64,000 nucleotides of DNA from Dehalococcoidia bacterium (GTDB lineage: Bacteria; Chloroflexota; Dehalococcoidia; SM23-28-2; RBG-16-64-32). The stretch covers positions 1-64,000 of the forward strand of contig CAXXTF010000002.1 in the NCBI GenBank assembly GCA_963665775.2, given 5' to 3'. The notes beneath the pieces were generated by a model. It was given only the letters and a program-made list of their open reading frames with translations, made no database searches and was not told the DNA's origin. The translations under genes were made by a program, and so were the position numbers. Below, in pieces: positions 1-9,180 of the stretch (the first letter of the stretch is position 1; each line of letters begins with the position of its first letter).

Positions 1-156
1 CCCGCATAGGGCCTTAGGGGCCCTGTGCGGCGACTGAAGACCGTCCGCCGGCCTCCCATCTACCCCAAGACCCCAGGCCATCTCCCCTGTAGCTCCCTCA
101 CCCACCCCCTTCCGCTGTCCTCACGCCGTCCATCCGTGTCCTTCGGTGGATTCGGG
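1..156 (+). mobile_element. Right end of an IS1380-family element (rest lies upstream of the window)
   Basis: Identical by eye to 48954-49109, ending in the terminal IR GTCCTTCGGTGGATTCGGG. Confidence 0.93.
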
Positions 157-273
157 TTTAGGATAGACATATGACTTCTGCGGTCGGAAAGGCTTGCCGT
201 CATCTTGCCATAACCTCTCCTATGTGCGAGCGTTCAACCGGATAACGATGCGCGGCTCCACAGCAGAGATCCA

Positions 274-828
274 ATGAGACGAGTCGTAACAACTGCCGTT
301 CTGGCGCCTCTCATAGCAGTCCTGGTGGCAGGCTGCGGTGATAATGATAGCGATGAGCTTTCGCCCAGTCGCGAAGAGGGGACGCCGAGCCGGACCGTGC
401 TGGAGATTGGCCAGCGCGTGGTCGTGCCGGGCTTTCCGGATATCTTGGTCGAGTCGTTCCGGCGTAGCACCGATCCGGCTGATGTTTCCGGCGAGACCAT
501 ATCCTACACGCTGGAGGCAGGCCAGGAGTTTCTCATTGCGAACATCCAGATTGTCAATGACACTGATTCCCCAATGTTCATCGATAGAGTCATCAACTTC
601 AGGCTGCTGAGCCAGGGCGAAGTCGTCACGGATGGTTTGGCGATGCTGGCCGTGCTTGAGGGCGGTCTCGAGGACGCCGAGTTGCCAGCCGGCCGGGAGG
701 CGAGCGGGCTAGTGGTGTGGCTCGCCAGCATCAAGTATGTCGATCTGGCTCTCCTGTACTCGCCAGTCACAACGGACGGAGAGACAACTGACCCGCAGGT
801 CTTCATCGTTAACCTCGAGCAGAACTAA
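274..828 (+). CDS. Lipoprotein, DUF4352-like Ig-fold domain
   Basis: Lipobox LVAG-C; pattern FLIANIQIVNDTD...FRL...ELPAGREASGLVVW typical of DUF4352. Confidence 0.7.
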   Translation: MRRVVTTAVLAPLIAVLVAGCGDNDSDELSPSREEGTPSRTVLEIGQRVVVPGFPDILVESFRRSTDPADVSGETISYTLEAGQEFLIANIQIVNDTDSPMFIDRVINFRLLSQGEVVTDGLAMLAVLEGGLEDAELPAGREASGLVVWLASIKYVDLALLYSPVTTDGETTDPQVFIVNLEQN

Positions 829-963
829 CTGTCGCTAGTCACCCTGTACCTCGACGCCTTGGTCGGCCGGAACTCGCCACACACGCGCTTGGCGCCGCGG
901 CTCTTCCCGATTCAGTCTTGCCGGTGCATCCCTGATCGGGCGCTTACAGTAAACGGTATTCCG

Positions 964-992
964 TTGACGTATTCCCTACGCTGTAGTATCAT
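964..992 (+). promoter_or_regulatory. Sigma70-type promoter of parA, probably giving a leaderless mRNA
   Basis: TTGACG (964-969), 17-bp spacer, TATCAT (987-992); ATG at 1000 with no SD sequence. Confidence 0.75.
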
Positions 993-999
993 TCCGGCC

Positions 1000-1764
1000 A
1001 TGGCGCGGATCGCGATAGCGGTAGTGGCTCACAAGGGTGGAACGGGTAAGACCACCGTCGCGCTCAACCTGGGCGCGGAGCTGGCCGCCGCCGGACAGCG
1101 GGTTCTTCTGGTGGACGTCGATCCGCAGGGCGCTCTCGGGGCGGCTCTCGGACAGCCGACGCCGCAGAAGCCCACACTCTACGAGGCGCTTAGGGATGAG
1201 GTTCCTATCGGCGCTGCCATCAGGCCGACGAGCATGGAGGGGCTGGACCTGGTCGGCGCCGACCTCGACCTGAGCGGCCTGGAGGTCGAGCTACCCCGGC
1301 AGTCCGGCTGGCAGGGAGCCCTTCGTGCCGTATTGGAACCGCTGGACGGATACGATGTCGCTGTGATCGATACGGCCCCCGGCCTGGGCATCCTGCCTTA
1401 CGTCTCCCTCGTGGCCAGCACGGCGGCTCTCGTGGTCACCCCGCCCGAGTTCCTGGCCTACCGCGCCCTGCGGCTGGTCCAGGAGACGGTGGAGCGGGCC
1501 CGACAGGAGGGGCCAGGGCTGCGGCTCCTGGGGATCGTCCCCACCTTCGTCACCCGTCAGACGCGCCACGCACGCGAGGTCCTGGAGGTACTCCAAGAGG
1601 ACTTCCGCGGGCAGGTACTTCCGGAGATCCCCCGTCGCGTCGTCCTTCAGGATGCCGCTCTGGCCGGCCAGCCAGTGCGCGCTTACGCCCCGGCCAGCGC
1701 CGCCGCGGGGGCCTTCGCCATACTAGCCAGGGAGGTGATCACTCGTGCCAACTCGACGTCCTAG
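1000..1764 (+). CDS. parA: ParA/Soj-family Walker A ATPase
   Basis: KGGTGKTT deviant Walker A, LLVDVDPQG, VIDTAPG. Start moved from 859 to the ATG just after the promoter. Confidence 0.93.
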   Translation: MARIAIAVVAHKGGTGKTTVALNLGAELAAAGQRVLLVDVDPQGALGAALGQPTPQKPTLYEALRDEVPIGAAIRPTSMEGLDLVGADLDLSGLEVELPRQSGWQGALRAVLEPLDGYDVAVIDTAPGLGILPYVSLVASTAALVVTPPEFLAYRALRLVQETVERARQEGPGLRLLGIVPTFVTRQTRHAREVLEVLQEDFRGQVLPEIPRRVVLQDAALAGQPVRAYAPASAAAGAFAILAREVITRANSTS

Positions 1765-2011
1765 CCTGCGAGATCATGCGGTACGGCAGCGGCCCCCGGC
1801 GCGGGGGCGGGAGGCGATCTACACGGCCGCTCCTCGTCAACCGTCTACCGTAGACCGTCAACCGTCAGCCGCCGGCTGGGATGAATCCCACCGCCGCGTC
1901 ACCTTCTACTGCCCGCTGGACCTCCTCCAGGCGTTGGAGAGGGAGATGGGCCGCTCCCGTCGCAGCAAGACGGCGGTGATCGTGGACGCCGTCCGGGAGC
2001 ATCTGGGGTAG
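1745..2011 (+). CDS. Small ribbon-helix-helix DNA-binding protein (ParG/CopG-like partner)
   Basis: Overlaps the parA stop, SD GGAGGT; C-terminal RRVTFYCPLDLLQALE...SKTAVIVDAVREHL strand-helix-helix pattern after a disordered N-terminus. Confidence 0.8.
   Translation: MPTRRPSLRDHAVRQRPPARGREAIYTAAPRQPSTVDRQPSAAGWDESHRRVTFYCPLDLLQALEREMGRSRRSKTAVIVDAVREHLG
1834..1868. repeat. Five 7-bp-periodic repeats with GTNNAC core; candidate centromere/operator
   Basis: tcgtcaa ccgtcta ccgtaga ccgtcaa ccgtcag; related phased hexamers gtaaac/gtattc/gttgac at 949-968. Confidence 0.7.
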
Positions 2012-2030
2012 GGCGGGCGCCGTGCGGCCC

Positions 2031-2064
2031 GTCATTCTGAGCCCTTCGCTTCGCTCAGGGTGGC
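2031..2064. repeat. REP-like palindromic unit
   Basis: gtcattctgagc...gctcagggtggc hairpin; the minus strand reads CHPERSEG, a recurrent extragenic palindrome pattern. Confidence 0.55.
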
Positions 2065-2360
2065 AGCTTGCCGGCGGCCCAGAATTTTTCCGGTTCGAAT
2101 TGGTCGGAAATTTGGCCGGAAAGCGATTAACCTTTCTCCCCGTGTGAGCGTTTTGGTAAATCAGAGTCAGTAATAGTGTAGCGCTTTGACGGGGAGAGTG
2201 AGCCTTCAAGCCAGGTCCTCTGAGATTGGCGAGAGGTTGGTGCTCAGGGCTTGACAGGGGAACCATTCACTCCGTAATATCGCCAGCGATAGCCTTAGAG
2301 GAGGGGCCTATTGTTTAGAGCTACCGATATACACGACACAATTCATATCAGGAGGGCAAA

Positions 2361-5300
2361 ATGACAGTTGCAGCCCCCAGATCTGGCCGCGGCAAGCTCA
2401 CGCTTGTCTTAATTGCGTTTGCGGCCTTGGTGGCGGTGGGCTTCGCCTTGGTGAGCGTCTTTCAGGCGCGAGCCGCGAACCATGAACCCGACGTGGGCGA
2501 CCTCGTGTCCGTTCCCGATCCGGACCACTGGAACGTCATTGGGTCGGACCATTATCTGTGCGTGGTGGACGTGGCGGACGCGGACGCGGACGTTACGGTT
2601 GTGCGTGTCAGGATGACGGAGCAGAACGGCGCCAACGCCGCCTGGACCGGTAATGTCACCAAGGACGTAGATATGGTGGGAGATACAAACATTGATGACC
2701 TCTGCGTCAGCATCCGGTCAACCCAGCCGGGTGAGACGGTGCAGGCGACGATCGAGTACTTGGACGATTCCGTCCTTGTGTCGGCCGCCGGCTTCTTTAT
2801 CAAGGAGTGGAGCGAGCTGACGGACTCCGTCATCATTACTGGTGACGGTAGTGGGAGCGCCAAGAATCTTAATAGCATCGGATGGCAGCACGATAACGAT
2901 GTCCAGGACACGGTGCTATCGAGGAGTGTTGGCTCCCACGTGGACCTCCTTGCGATCGCTCACGGCGAGCACCAGACCGAGGGTAGCGACCCGGACCCCG
3001 GCGGCATTCCCGGCTTCGTGGCGGGGCCCGGCGGCCTCGTCCACGTCGACGTGGACCACGCCGCTGTGGATGTCCAGTTGGTTAGTCCCCGAGGCTGCAC
3101 TACCTACGAAGTCTCCAATCAGGGGTTTACGGGCAGGGTAGGCAACCTCGCCCACGGCGGCGTGCTGATCACCCTTTGGAATGACTGCGCCGAGGTCGTG
3201 TCAGTCTGGATCAATGAGACCTACCCCAATCCCGTGGCCTCTGCGGTCGAAGATATCGAGCAGCACATAGTTATCGAGTTCGGAGAGGGCCAGAGCGCCA
3301 AGCAGCCGCAGTTCCGATGGAAGGGCGAGGACATCGTCTTGGCCAAGCAGTGGCCATCCAGTGAGTGCAGTGTAACCCAAGGCGGCGAAGGTTCCCTGCA
3401 CTTCTTCGCCAGCCAATTCGTCCGCCTGCCTAGCTCAACGGCTACCGGCGGCCTGATCACTGGCTTGAACGACGACGTCCAGATGGACCTGGACCTCGGT
3501 CCCCTCGTTATTGACGCGGCGGGACTCATTGACATCCTGCATGTCGTGGAGAACGACAGTCCGCCCAACAACGTGTGGGCGCTGGTCGATCCAGATACCT
3601 GCGTGAGCAAGGCCCTAGCGACCAGTGAAGAGGGTGGCGAGGGCGACTTCGAGGCGATCCTGTACAACTTCTCAGTTGAGCTGTCGATTACTGAGAGTTC
3701 AGTTGAAGCGATAACCGAGATCAACAGGACAGTTGTGGACCAGCACGGCTTCAACGTGCTGTGGCTGCAGCTCGAAGACATCAACCTCCACATCCTTCCT
3801 GGTGATGGTGGTCACACCAACGACTACCAGAGTGACGGTACGGCTGAGGACTTCGACGTCGATTCCGACTACGACGCCGGCGATCCCACCTCGGGCGAGA
3901 CGAGCGATGAGGGGGTGTTGTGGGCTGACCAGCTGCTGCGGGCGAATGTCCGGGGCTGGGTTGTGATGAGCACGAAGTGCAACAACGACCAGCGGGCCGT
4001 GGACCACGACAACAACGATGCCACTGTGGAGATCCTCTACCCGCAGGGCCGGTGCATAATGCCGGATGACTTCGTGGCGGTGTTCGGAGCTCTTCCGCTG
4101 AGCGTTGGTGACGTGCTATACGGCCCAGGCGACGACATCGATTGTGGCACTACTGACGATGACGACGATGAGGATTGCGGTCTCATAGGAGAGCTTGTGG
4201 GCCCCAAGCACACGCTTGATGATCCCCACATATGCCCAGAATCATTCTCATCGGAGGATGATCCTCCTGGCTCCACGGTCTGCCCGAGTGGCGAGATCAA
4301 CATCTACGACATGCTTATGCCGCCGCTGCAGATCCACTGGGATCTGAGCGGAGCGGGGTTCTTCAAGCCAATCTTGAAGCACGAAATCGACCAGTTCAAC
4401 AACGGCGAGAAGCCGTACTACAGTATCCTGGTTCCGGCGGACCCGGAGATCCCGTCATCGGTGAACAACGGTGGGTATCTGTGGGACACCTTCGGGTGGA
4501 TCGGTGATCCAGACGGTGAGTACGACTTCTACCTGCCGCTACCGGGCAGTGACCAGGGCTCGCGGGCGCTCGACCTGATCACCTACTCGGACAACTCTGG
4601 GCAGTCGTTCGTGGTACTGAACCGGGACTACAACCTGGACTACTCCGGTTGCGACACCGATACGCTCAGGGGTTCTCCGGTGTGCGATGTCGGCGACGTG
4701 GTGGGGACAACAAACGCATGGGTAACGGGTGACTACCCGTACTTCCGTGGCAAGAACCCGCCGGTGCAGTCCAACACCATAACCAAGACGGGGATCTGGG
4801 CCGGCTACAAGCGGGTGACCGTTGAGCCGGTGGCCAATGACCCGAACCACACCTACGTAGTGACACACCTGCTTGACCGCGACGGCGAGTGCGACGGCAA
4901 GTGGGACGGGAACGATCCTCTGAACCACTACGTCCATCTGGAGCCAGTCGACTTCGGGATCAGCGGTGACGGCGTCATTATCAATGCCGCCGTTGACGTC
5001 ATCATCTTGGGCATCCCGTTCAGCCGGGCCACGGCCTTGGCGGGCGACGCCGATGACCACGGCGGCGACCTACCGTTCGCGGATGCCGGCGAAGCCGATG
5101 AGTGCCAGGCCTGGATCCTGGTGGAGCACGGCGTGGACGCCGATGTTCAGGTGTCGATACGCTTCCACGAGCCGGAGGGGGTCATAACCAAGTCTGTGCA
5201 GTTCCCCCAGGAGGAGGTCATCTGGGGCGACGTGGACAACGATGGTGACGTCGACGCCGTCGATGGCCTGAAGGTTCTGCAGTTCGTGGCGGGCTTGTCG

Positions 5301-5492
5301 GTAAGCACTGATCCGTCCATCGGCAGCACCATTACGCTGGTGGATGGTTCTGACCTGGAGGAGGTCATCTGGGGCGACGTGGACAATGACGGTGACGTCG
5401 ACGCCGTGGACGCGCTGCAGATTCTGCGGTACGTGGCTGCCGGAACCTCTGATACAGATCCGGCAATCGGCGAGAACGTGACGATACTTTAG
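2361..5492 (+). CDS. Large secreted acidic protein with C-terminal dockerin domain; candidate surface/S-layer protein
   Basis: SD AGGAGG; signal peptide ending ARA-A; Asp/Gly/Val-rich body with scattered Cys; two WGDVDNDGDVDAVD(G/A)L..L..VA Ca-loop-helix repeats. Confidence 0.8.
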   Translation: MTVAAPRSGRGKLTLVLIAFAALVAVGFALVSVFQARAANHEPDVGDLVSVPDPDHWNVIGSDHYLCVVDVADADADVTVVRVRMTEQNGANAAWTGNVTKDVDMVGDTNIDDLCVSIRSTQPGETVQATIEYLDDSVLVSAAGFFIKEWSELTDSVIITGDGSGSAKNLNSIGWQHDNDVQDTVLSRSVGSHVDLLAIAHGEHQTEGSDPDPGGIPGFVAGPGGLVHVDVDHAAVDVQLVSPRGCTTYEVSNQGFTGRVGNLAHGGVLITLWNDCAEVVSVWINETYPNPVASAVEDIEQHIVIEFGEGQSAKQPQFRWKGEDIVLAKQWPSSECSVTQGGEGSLHFFASQFVRLPSSTATGGLITGLNDDVQMDLDLGPLVIDAAGLIDILHVVENDSPPNNVWALVDPDTCVSKALATSEEGGEGDFEAILYNFSVELSITESSVEAITEINRTVVDQHGFNVLWLQLEDINLHILPGDGGHTNDYQSDGTAEDFDVDSDYDAGDPTSGETSDEGVLWADQLLRANVRGWVVMSTKCNNDQRAVDHDNNDATVEILYPQGRCIMPDDFVAVFGALPLSVGDVLYGPGDDIDCGTTDDDDDEDCGLIGELVGPKHTLDDPHICPESFSSEDDPPGSTVCPSGEINIYDMLMPPLQIHWDLSGAGFFKPILKHEIDQFNNGEKPYYSILVPADPEIPSSVNNGGYLWDTFGWIGDPDGEYDFYLPLPGSDQGSRALDLITYSDNSGQSFVVLNRDYNLDYSGCDTDTLRGSPVCDVGDVVGTTNAWVTGDYPYFRGKNPPVQSNTITKTGIWAGYKRVTVEPVANDPNHTYVVTHLLDRDGECDGKWDGNDPLNHYVHLEPVDFGISGDGVIINAAVDVIILGIPFSRATALAGDADDHGGDLPFADAGEADECQAWILVEHGVDADVQVSIRFHEPEGVITKSVQFPQEEVIWGDVDNDGDVDAVDGLKVLQFVAGLSVSTDPSIGSTITLVDGSDLEEVIWGDVDNDGDVDAVDALQILRYVAAGTSDTDPAIGENVTIL
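5211..5410 (+). repeat. Duplicated dockerin segment (147-bp period)
   Basis: gaggaggtcatctggggcgacgtggacaa... at 5211 and 5358. Confidence 0.9.
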
Positions 5493-5520
5493 GCCAGAGC
5501 AAAGAAGAGGAGGATAGAAT

Positions 5521-6237
5521 ATGAACAGTACATTGGTAATCCGAAGGGGGTCCTGGCTAGCGTTGCTAGCCGGGGCCACCCTCCTGGCCCTGGCCGCCTG
5601 GCTGGTGGCGACAGGGTCTGCGCGGGCCGACGTGACTTCGCTGGGGATAGGTTCTGCGACTGTAGCGCCCGGCGATGAAGAAGTTACGCTGAACGTAACC
5701 GCGCAGACGACTGGCTCTGGGATCGGCGCCTACACGGTAGACGTCCTTTACGACGGGGCGCTCGTGACCGCCACGGCGTGCACGTCGGCGGCGGGTGCCT
5801 GCAACACTGAGGCTGCGATCAACACCGTGCGGCTGACCGGTGCTTCCAGCGCCGGTCTGACCGGTGATGTGACCCTTGGTAGCATCACCTTCCAGGTGGG
5901 TACTGGTGAGGGTACAGCTGCACTGGGAGTGACCGTGGTGACGCTGGCCGATCCGGGACAGGTGGACCTTAGCGTGTCGCCGACGGACGGCACCATCACG
6001 ATCGTGGCGCCGACGCCAGAGCCAACAGCATCGCCAGAGCCAACGGCATCGCCAGAGCCAACGGCATCGCCAGAGCCAACGTTAGAGCCGACGGCAACGC
6101 CGGGCGGGCTTCCGCCAACGGGTGGCGCACCGGTGAATGGTGCTGGTTCGTCTGCGTGGCTGCTAGCCAGCGTAATCGGGCTGGGCCTGGCCGCGCTGGG
6201 CACCGGTGCTTGGGCGGTCGCCCGCAGGCAGCGGTAG
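5521..6237 (+). CDS. Single-cohesin cell-surface protein with Pro/Thr linker and LPxTG-type anchor
   Basis: Signal peptide (ARA-D); cohesin-like GSATVAPG..VTLNV...IGAYTVDVLYD...LGSITF..DGTITI; (PEPTAS)n linker; LPPTGG, hydrophobic helix, RRQR tail. Confidence 0.8.
   Translation: MNSTLVIRRGSWLALLAGATLLALAAWLVATGSARADVTSLGIGSATVAPGDEEVTLNVTAQTTGSGIGAYTVDVLYDGALVTATACTSAAGACNTEAAINTVRLTGASSAGLTGDVTLGSITFQVGTGEGTAALGVTVVTLADPGQVDLSVSPTDGTITIVAPTPEPTASPEPTASPEPTASPEPTLEPTATPGGLPPTGGAPVNGAGSSAWLLASVIGLGLAALGTGAWAVARRQR
6016..6081 (+). repeat. 18-bp tandem repeat encoding PEPTAS linker
   Basis: ccagagccaac(a/g)gcatcg x3 plus a partial unit. Confidence 0.92.
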
Positions 6238-6272
6238 AGCGCGACTAGCGCTAGAAGCTAGAGTTTAGCGAA

Positions 6273-6298
6273 AGGGGCCCCGGGTAACCGGGGCCCCT
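6273..6298. terminator. GC-rich hairpin between convergent genes
   Basis: aggggccccgg-gtaa-ccggggcccct, 11-bp stem. Confidence 0.7.
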
Positions 6299-6495
6299 GG
6301 GCATTTTGTCCCGAGCCGTTCCGCGGGCGCTCTGGTATCCGGGCTGCCTTCAAGCATCGAACACCATGGCATCCTGTTGTCGCTCAACTCGTCGTCCTAT
6401 TGCTAAGCCTCTCAGCAATAGCCAGCAGTTCGTACAGAAGGTGAAGCCCGATAAACTGGGTACCACCAAGGATCAAGGCGTGCATCTTCTATCTC

Positions 6496-8859
6496 CTAGG
6501 CCTCCGCCCAAGCGACGATCTCGCGGTCCCGTAGCTCCTCGATCTGCTCCGGCCCATAGCCGATCTCGGCCAGCAGGGCCGGGGTTGAGGCGCCCATGGT
6601 CTGGCAGACTCCTGCCGTGCCGGGCGTCTTCAGTAGGTCAACGTTTTGGCCATGCTGCTGAACGATCCCAACCTCCGGGTACGTGAAGCTGGTGATCGCT
6701 CGGTCGCTGCCACCGTCCCAGGCATCCAAGACGAAATCGGACCATGTCTCGCTGGCAACGACGCAAGGCACATCCTGAGCCTGAAATATCTCCTCCCATT
6801 CGCGGGCCGTGCGCTCTGTGAACAGCGGCCCCAGGAGAGCGACAAGCTCCTCCTTGTGGGCGCTGCGCGATTCGTTCGCCTTGAACCGCTGATCGTCCTT
6901 CCAGGCGTTCCGGTCGGCGGCGTCGCAGAAGTGCGACCATTCCTCCTCCGTCAAGGCCGCCAGAAACACCCAGCCGTCCTTTGCCCGATAGAGGCGGTAC
7001 AGTGGCCCCAAGCCGTACTGACCCTTGTCTGGGACCGGCCGCGGCGGTTTGCCTTCGTAGCGTATGAAGTCATCCGACAGAAGGTAGCCGGCGCCGCATA
7101 GCATCGTCGTCTCAAGGTACTGCCCCTCGCCGGTAAGGTCGCGGGCGCGGAGCCCCAACAGAATCGCCACCGCGGCGCTCAGCAGAGCGCTGTGGTCGGT
7201 GGTCTGTCGCTGTTGCGGTGGGTTGCCCTCGCCGGCCTGGAGGACCTCACCCCCCGCCATCGCCGAGATGAGGGCGTCGAAGGCCGGACGCTGTGCGTCG
7301 GGCCCGCTGGAGCCGAAGGACGCGGCGTAGAGGTACACGAGGGGTGGGTTGATCTTCCGCAAGGTCTCGTAGTCCAGACCCAGCCTCTCAGGCACGCCGG
7401 GCCGGAAATTGTGCAGGAGCACGTCCGCCTTCTCTGCAAGGCGGTAGACAATATCCTTTCCCTCAGCCGATTTAAGATCGACGGCCAAGCGCTCCTTGCC
7501 TCGGTTGACCCGAAAGAAGAGTTCGTTGACGTTACGGCCCATCGGGTCGCCGTCAGGCGGTTCCACCTTGATCACCCTCGCCCCCAGGTCTGCCAGGAGT
7601 CCCGGTCCGCCGGGAGCCGCCGCCCAGGCGGCAAGATCGAGGATGGTGACGCCGTTGAGGGCACCATCGGGCAGGGGACCGTTGGAGGCACCGGACAAAC
7701 GGGCTGGAGCGGACTCCTCCGAAGTGGCGAGCGAAGACAACACCTCCTCCGTGTGCTGACCCAGCAGCGGCGCCGGACCCCTGGCCTGCCAGGTCTGTCC
7801 AGCGAAGGTCACCAGCGGCCCGATCTGCTCCGTTCTCCCCACCTGCGGGTCTTCGATTTCGATGACCTGGCCGTTGTGGCGCACCTGGGGATAGTCCATG
7901 AACTCCTGAGTGGTCATGAAGACGCCATAGGCGGCGTCGTGCTCTTCGAAGAGTTTGATCCACTCCTCCAGGGTCTTCTTCTTGTAGGCAGCGTCGATCA
8001 GGGAGATGAGGTAGTCCCTGTCCTCATCGCTCTTGAAGCGCGGCGCTCCGCCCGTGAAGCGTGAATCTTCGAAGTACTCCGTGATCCCAAGGGCGCGCAT
8101 CATGTTTGGGAATATGCGCGGATCGGCGGAGCTGCCGGACTGGATCCACTTGCCGTCATTGCACTGGGCGATCCGATAGCCGACGCCGACGTTGTGGGGA
8201 TCCCTGCCCTGAGTGTTGCTCAGCCGGCGGGTAAGCTCTGGGGTCTCGGCGCGAATGCCGCCGTACGAGTAGACGAAGTTAGCCTGGACCATGCTCGATT
8301 CGACCTTCTGGCCCAGGCCGAACTTCTCTCTCGCCCGGAGGGCGGACAAGATACCGATCAGGCCCAGGAATGATGCACCGAAGCTGCACTTGAAGATGGC
8401 GTCGTAGTGGGGCTCGTCGCCCCGATAGCCGTTCTGGATCACATGCTGGCCACACCTGGCCGCCACGATCCCCTCGTACGCTTTATAGCCGCGGTACTTG
8501 CCCCGCTGCCCGAACCCGGAGATCGACAGGTACACGAGGCCCGGATTCAGCTTCGAAAGCTCTTCGTAGCCGATGCCCAGCCGCTCGGCGACCCCCGGCC
8601 TGAAGTTCTCGATCACGACGTCGCAGCTGCGGGCCAGCGCCTGCGCCGCCCCACGGCCTTCCTTCGTCTTGAGGTTCAGGACGAGGCCCTTCTTGCCCCG
8701 GTTCCACTGAGGGAAGGCGGGCTTGCCCCGGTAGGACTCGCCGCCGGGCGGCTCCACCTTGATCACGTCCGCGCCATAGTCCGCCAGGACCATGCCGGGA
8801 ATCGCCCCGTAACCCTGACCGACGTCCAGCACCCGGATACCTTCACAGGCCAGCGCCAT
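6496..8859 (-). CDS. Tandem two-domain family III CoA-transferase (CaiB/BaiF)
   Basis: GIRVLD...LADYGADVIKVEPPGG...NRGK...ENFRPG occurs twice (second copy GVTILD...LADLGARVIKVEPPDGD...NRGK...HNFRPG). Confidence 0.93.
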   Translation of the reverse strand: MALACEGIRVLDVGQGYGAIPGMVLADYGADVIKVEPPGGESYRGKPAFPQWNRGKKGLVLNLKTKEGRGAAQALARSCDVVIENFRPGVAERLGIGYEELSKLNPGLVYLSISGFGQRGKYRGYKAYEGIVAARCGQHVIQNGYRGDEPHYDAIFKCSFGASFLGLIGILSALRAREKFGLGQKVESSMVQANFVYSYGGIRAETPELTRRLSNTQGRDPHNVGVGYRIAQCNDGKWIQSGSSADPRIFPNMMRALGITEYFEDSRFTGGAPRFKSDEDRDYLISLIDAAYKKKTLEEWIKLFEEHDAAYGVFMTTQEFMDYPQVRHNGQVIEIEDPQVGRTEQIGPLVTFAGQTWQARGPAPLLGQHTEEVLSSLATSEESAPARLSGASNGPLPDGALNGVTILDLAAWAAAPGGPGLLADLGARVIKVEPPDGDPMGRNVNELFFRVNRGKERLAVDLKSAEGKDIVYRLAEKADVLLHNFRPGVPERLGLDYETLRKINPPLVYLYAASFGSSGPDAQRPAFDALISAMAGGEVLQAGEGNPPQQRQTTDHSALLSAAVAILLGLRARDLTGEGQYLETTMLCGAGYLLSDDFIRYEGKPPRPVPDKGQYGLGPLYRLYRAKDGWVFLAALTEEEWSHFCDAADRNAWKDDQRFKANESRSAHKEELVALLGPLFTERTAREWEEIFQAQDVPCVVASETWSDFVLDAWDGGSDRAITSFTYPEVGIVQQHGQNVDLLKTPGTAGVCQTMGASTPALLAEIGYGPEQIEELRDREIVAWAEA

Positions 8860-8924
8860 GGCTCACCTCCTTAAGAGAAGAGCAGAACAGTGAAACCAGG
8901 CTATTGGACTCGATTCAGGTTGGC

Positions 8925-9002
8925 CTACACGTCGTTCTGGACGATAATCCCCCGCTCCTTGAGATCAGCGATCTTCTCCGGGCTGTAGCCGATCTGCTTC
9001 AT
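8925..9002 (-). pseudogene. C-terminal remnant of a CoA-transferase III
   Basis: Reads MKQIGYSPEKIADLKERGIIVQNDV*, matching the tail EIGYGPEQIEELRDREIV of the adjacent gene. Confidence 0.65.
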
Positions 9003-9180
9003 TTTCTCCGCCTCGTGTCCTCCGACAAGAGATGTCCGAACGCCCGGCTGGCTCCTGTGATACTATCTTAGGACTACGGCCGGACGCCAGTCCTGTGGAG
9101 TGCCGCCGTAAAGCGGATGTTTGGGACGGGAAACGGTGCTAAATTGAACCCAGCACATTGGGACTGAGAAGGAGGCTTCA

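Noticed and set aside
2361-5492. True cellulosome
   Set aside because: No glycoside hydrolase or CBM motifs were recognised, and the partner has only one cohesin.
6016-6090. CRISPR-like repeats
   Set aside because: The 18-bp units are contiguous, have no spacers and encode a Pro/Thr linker; no cas genes are present.
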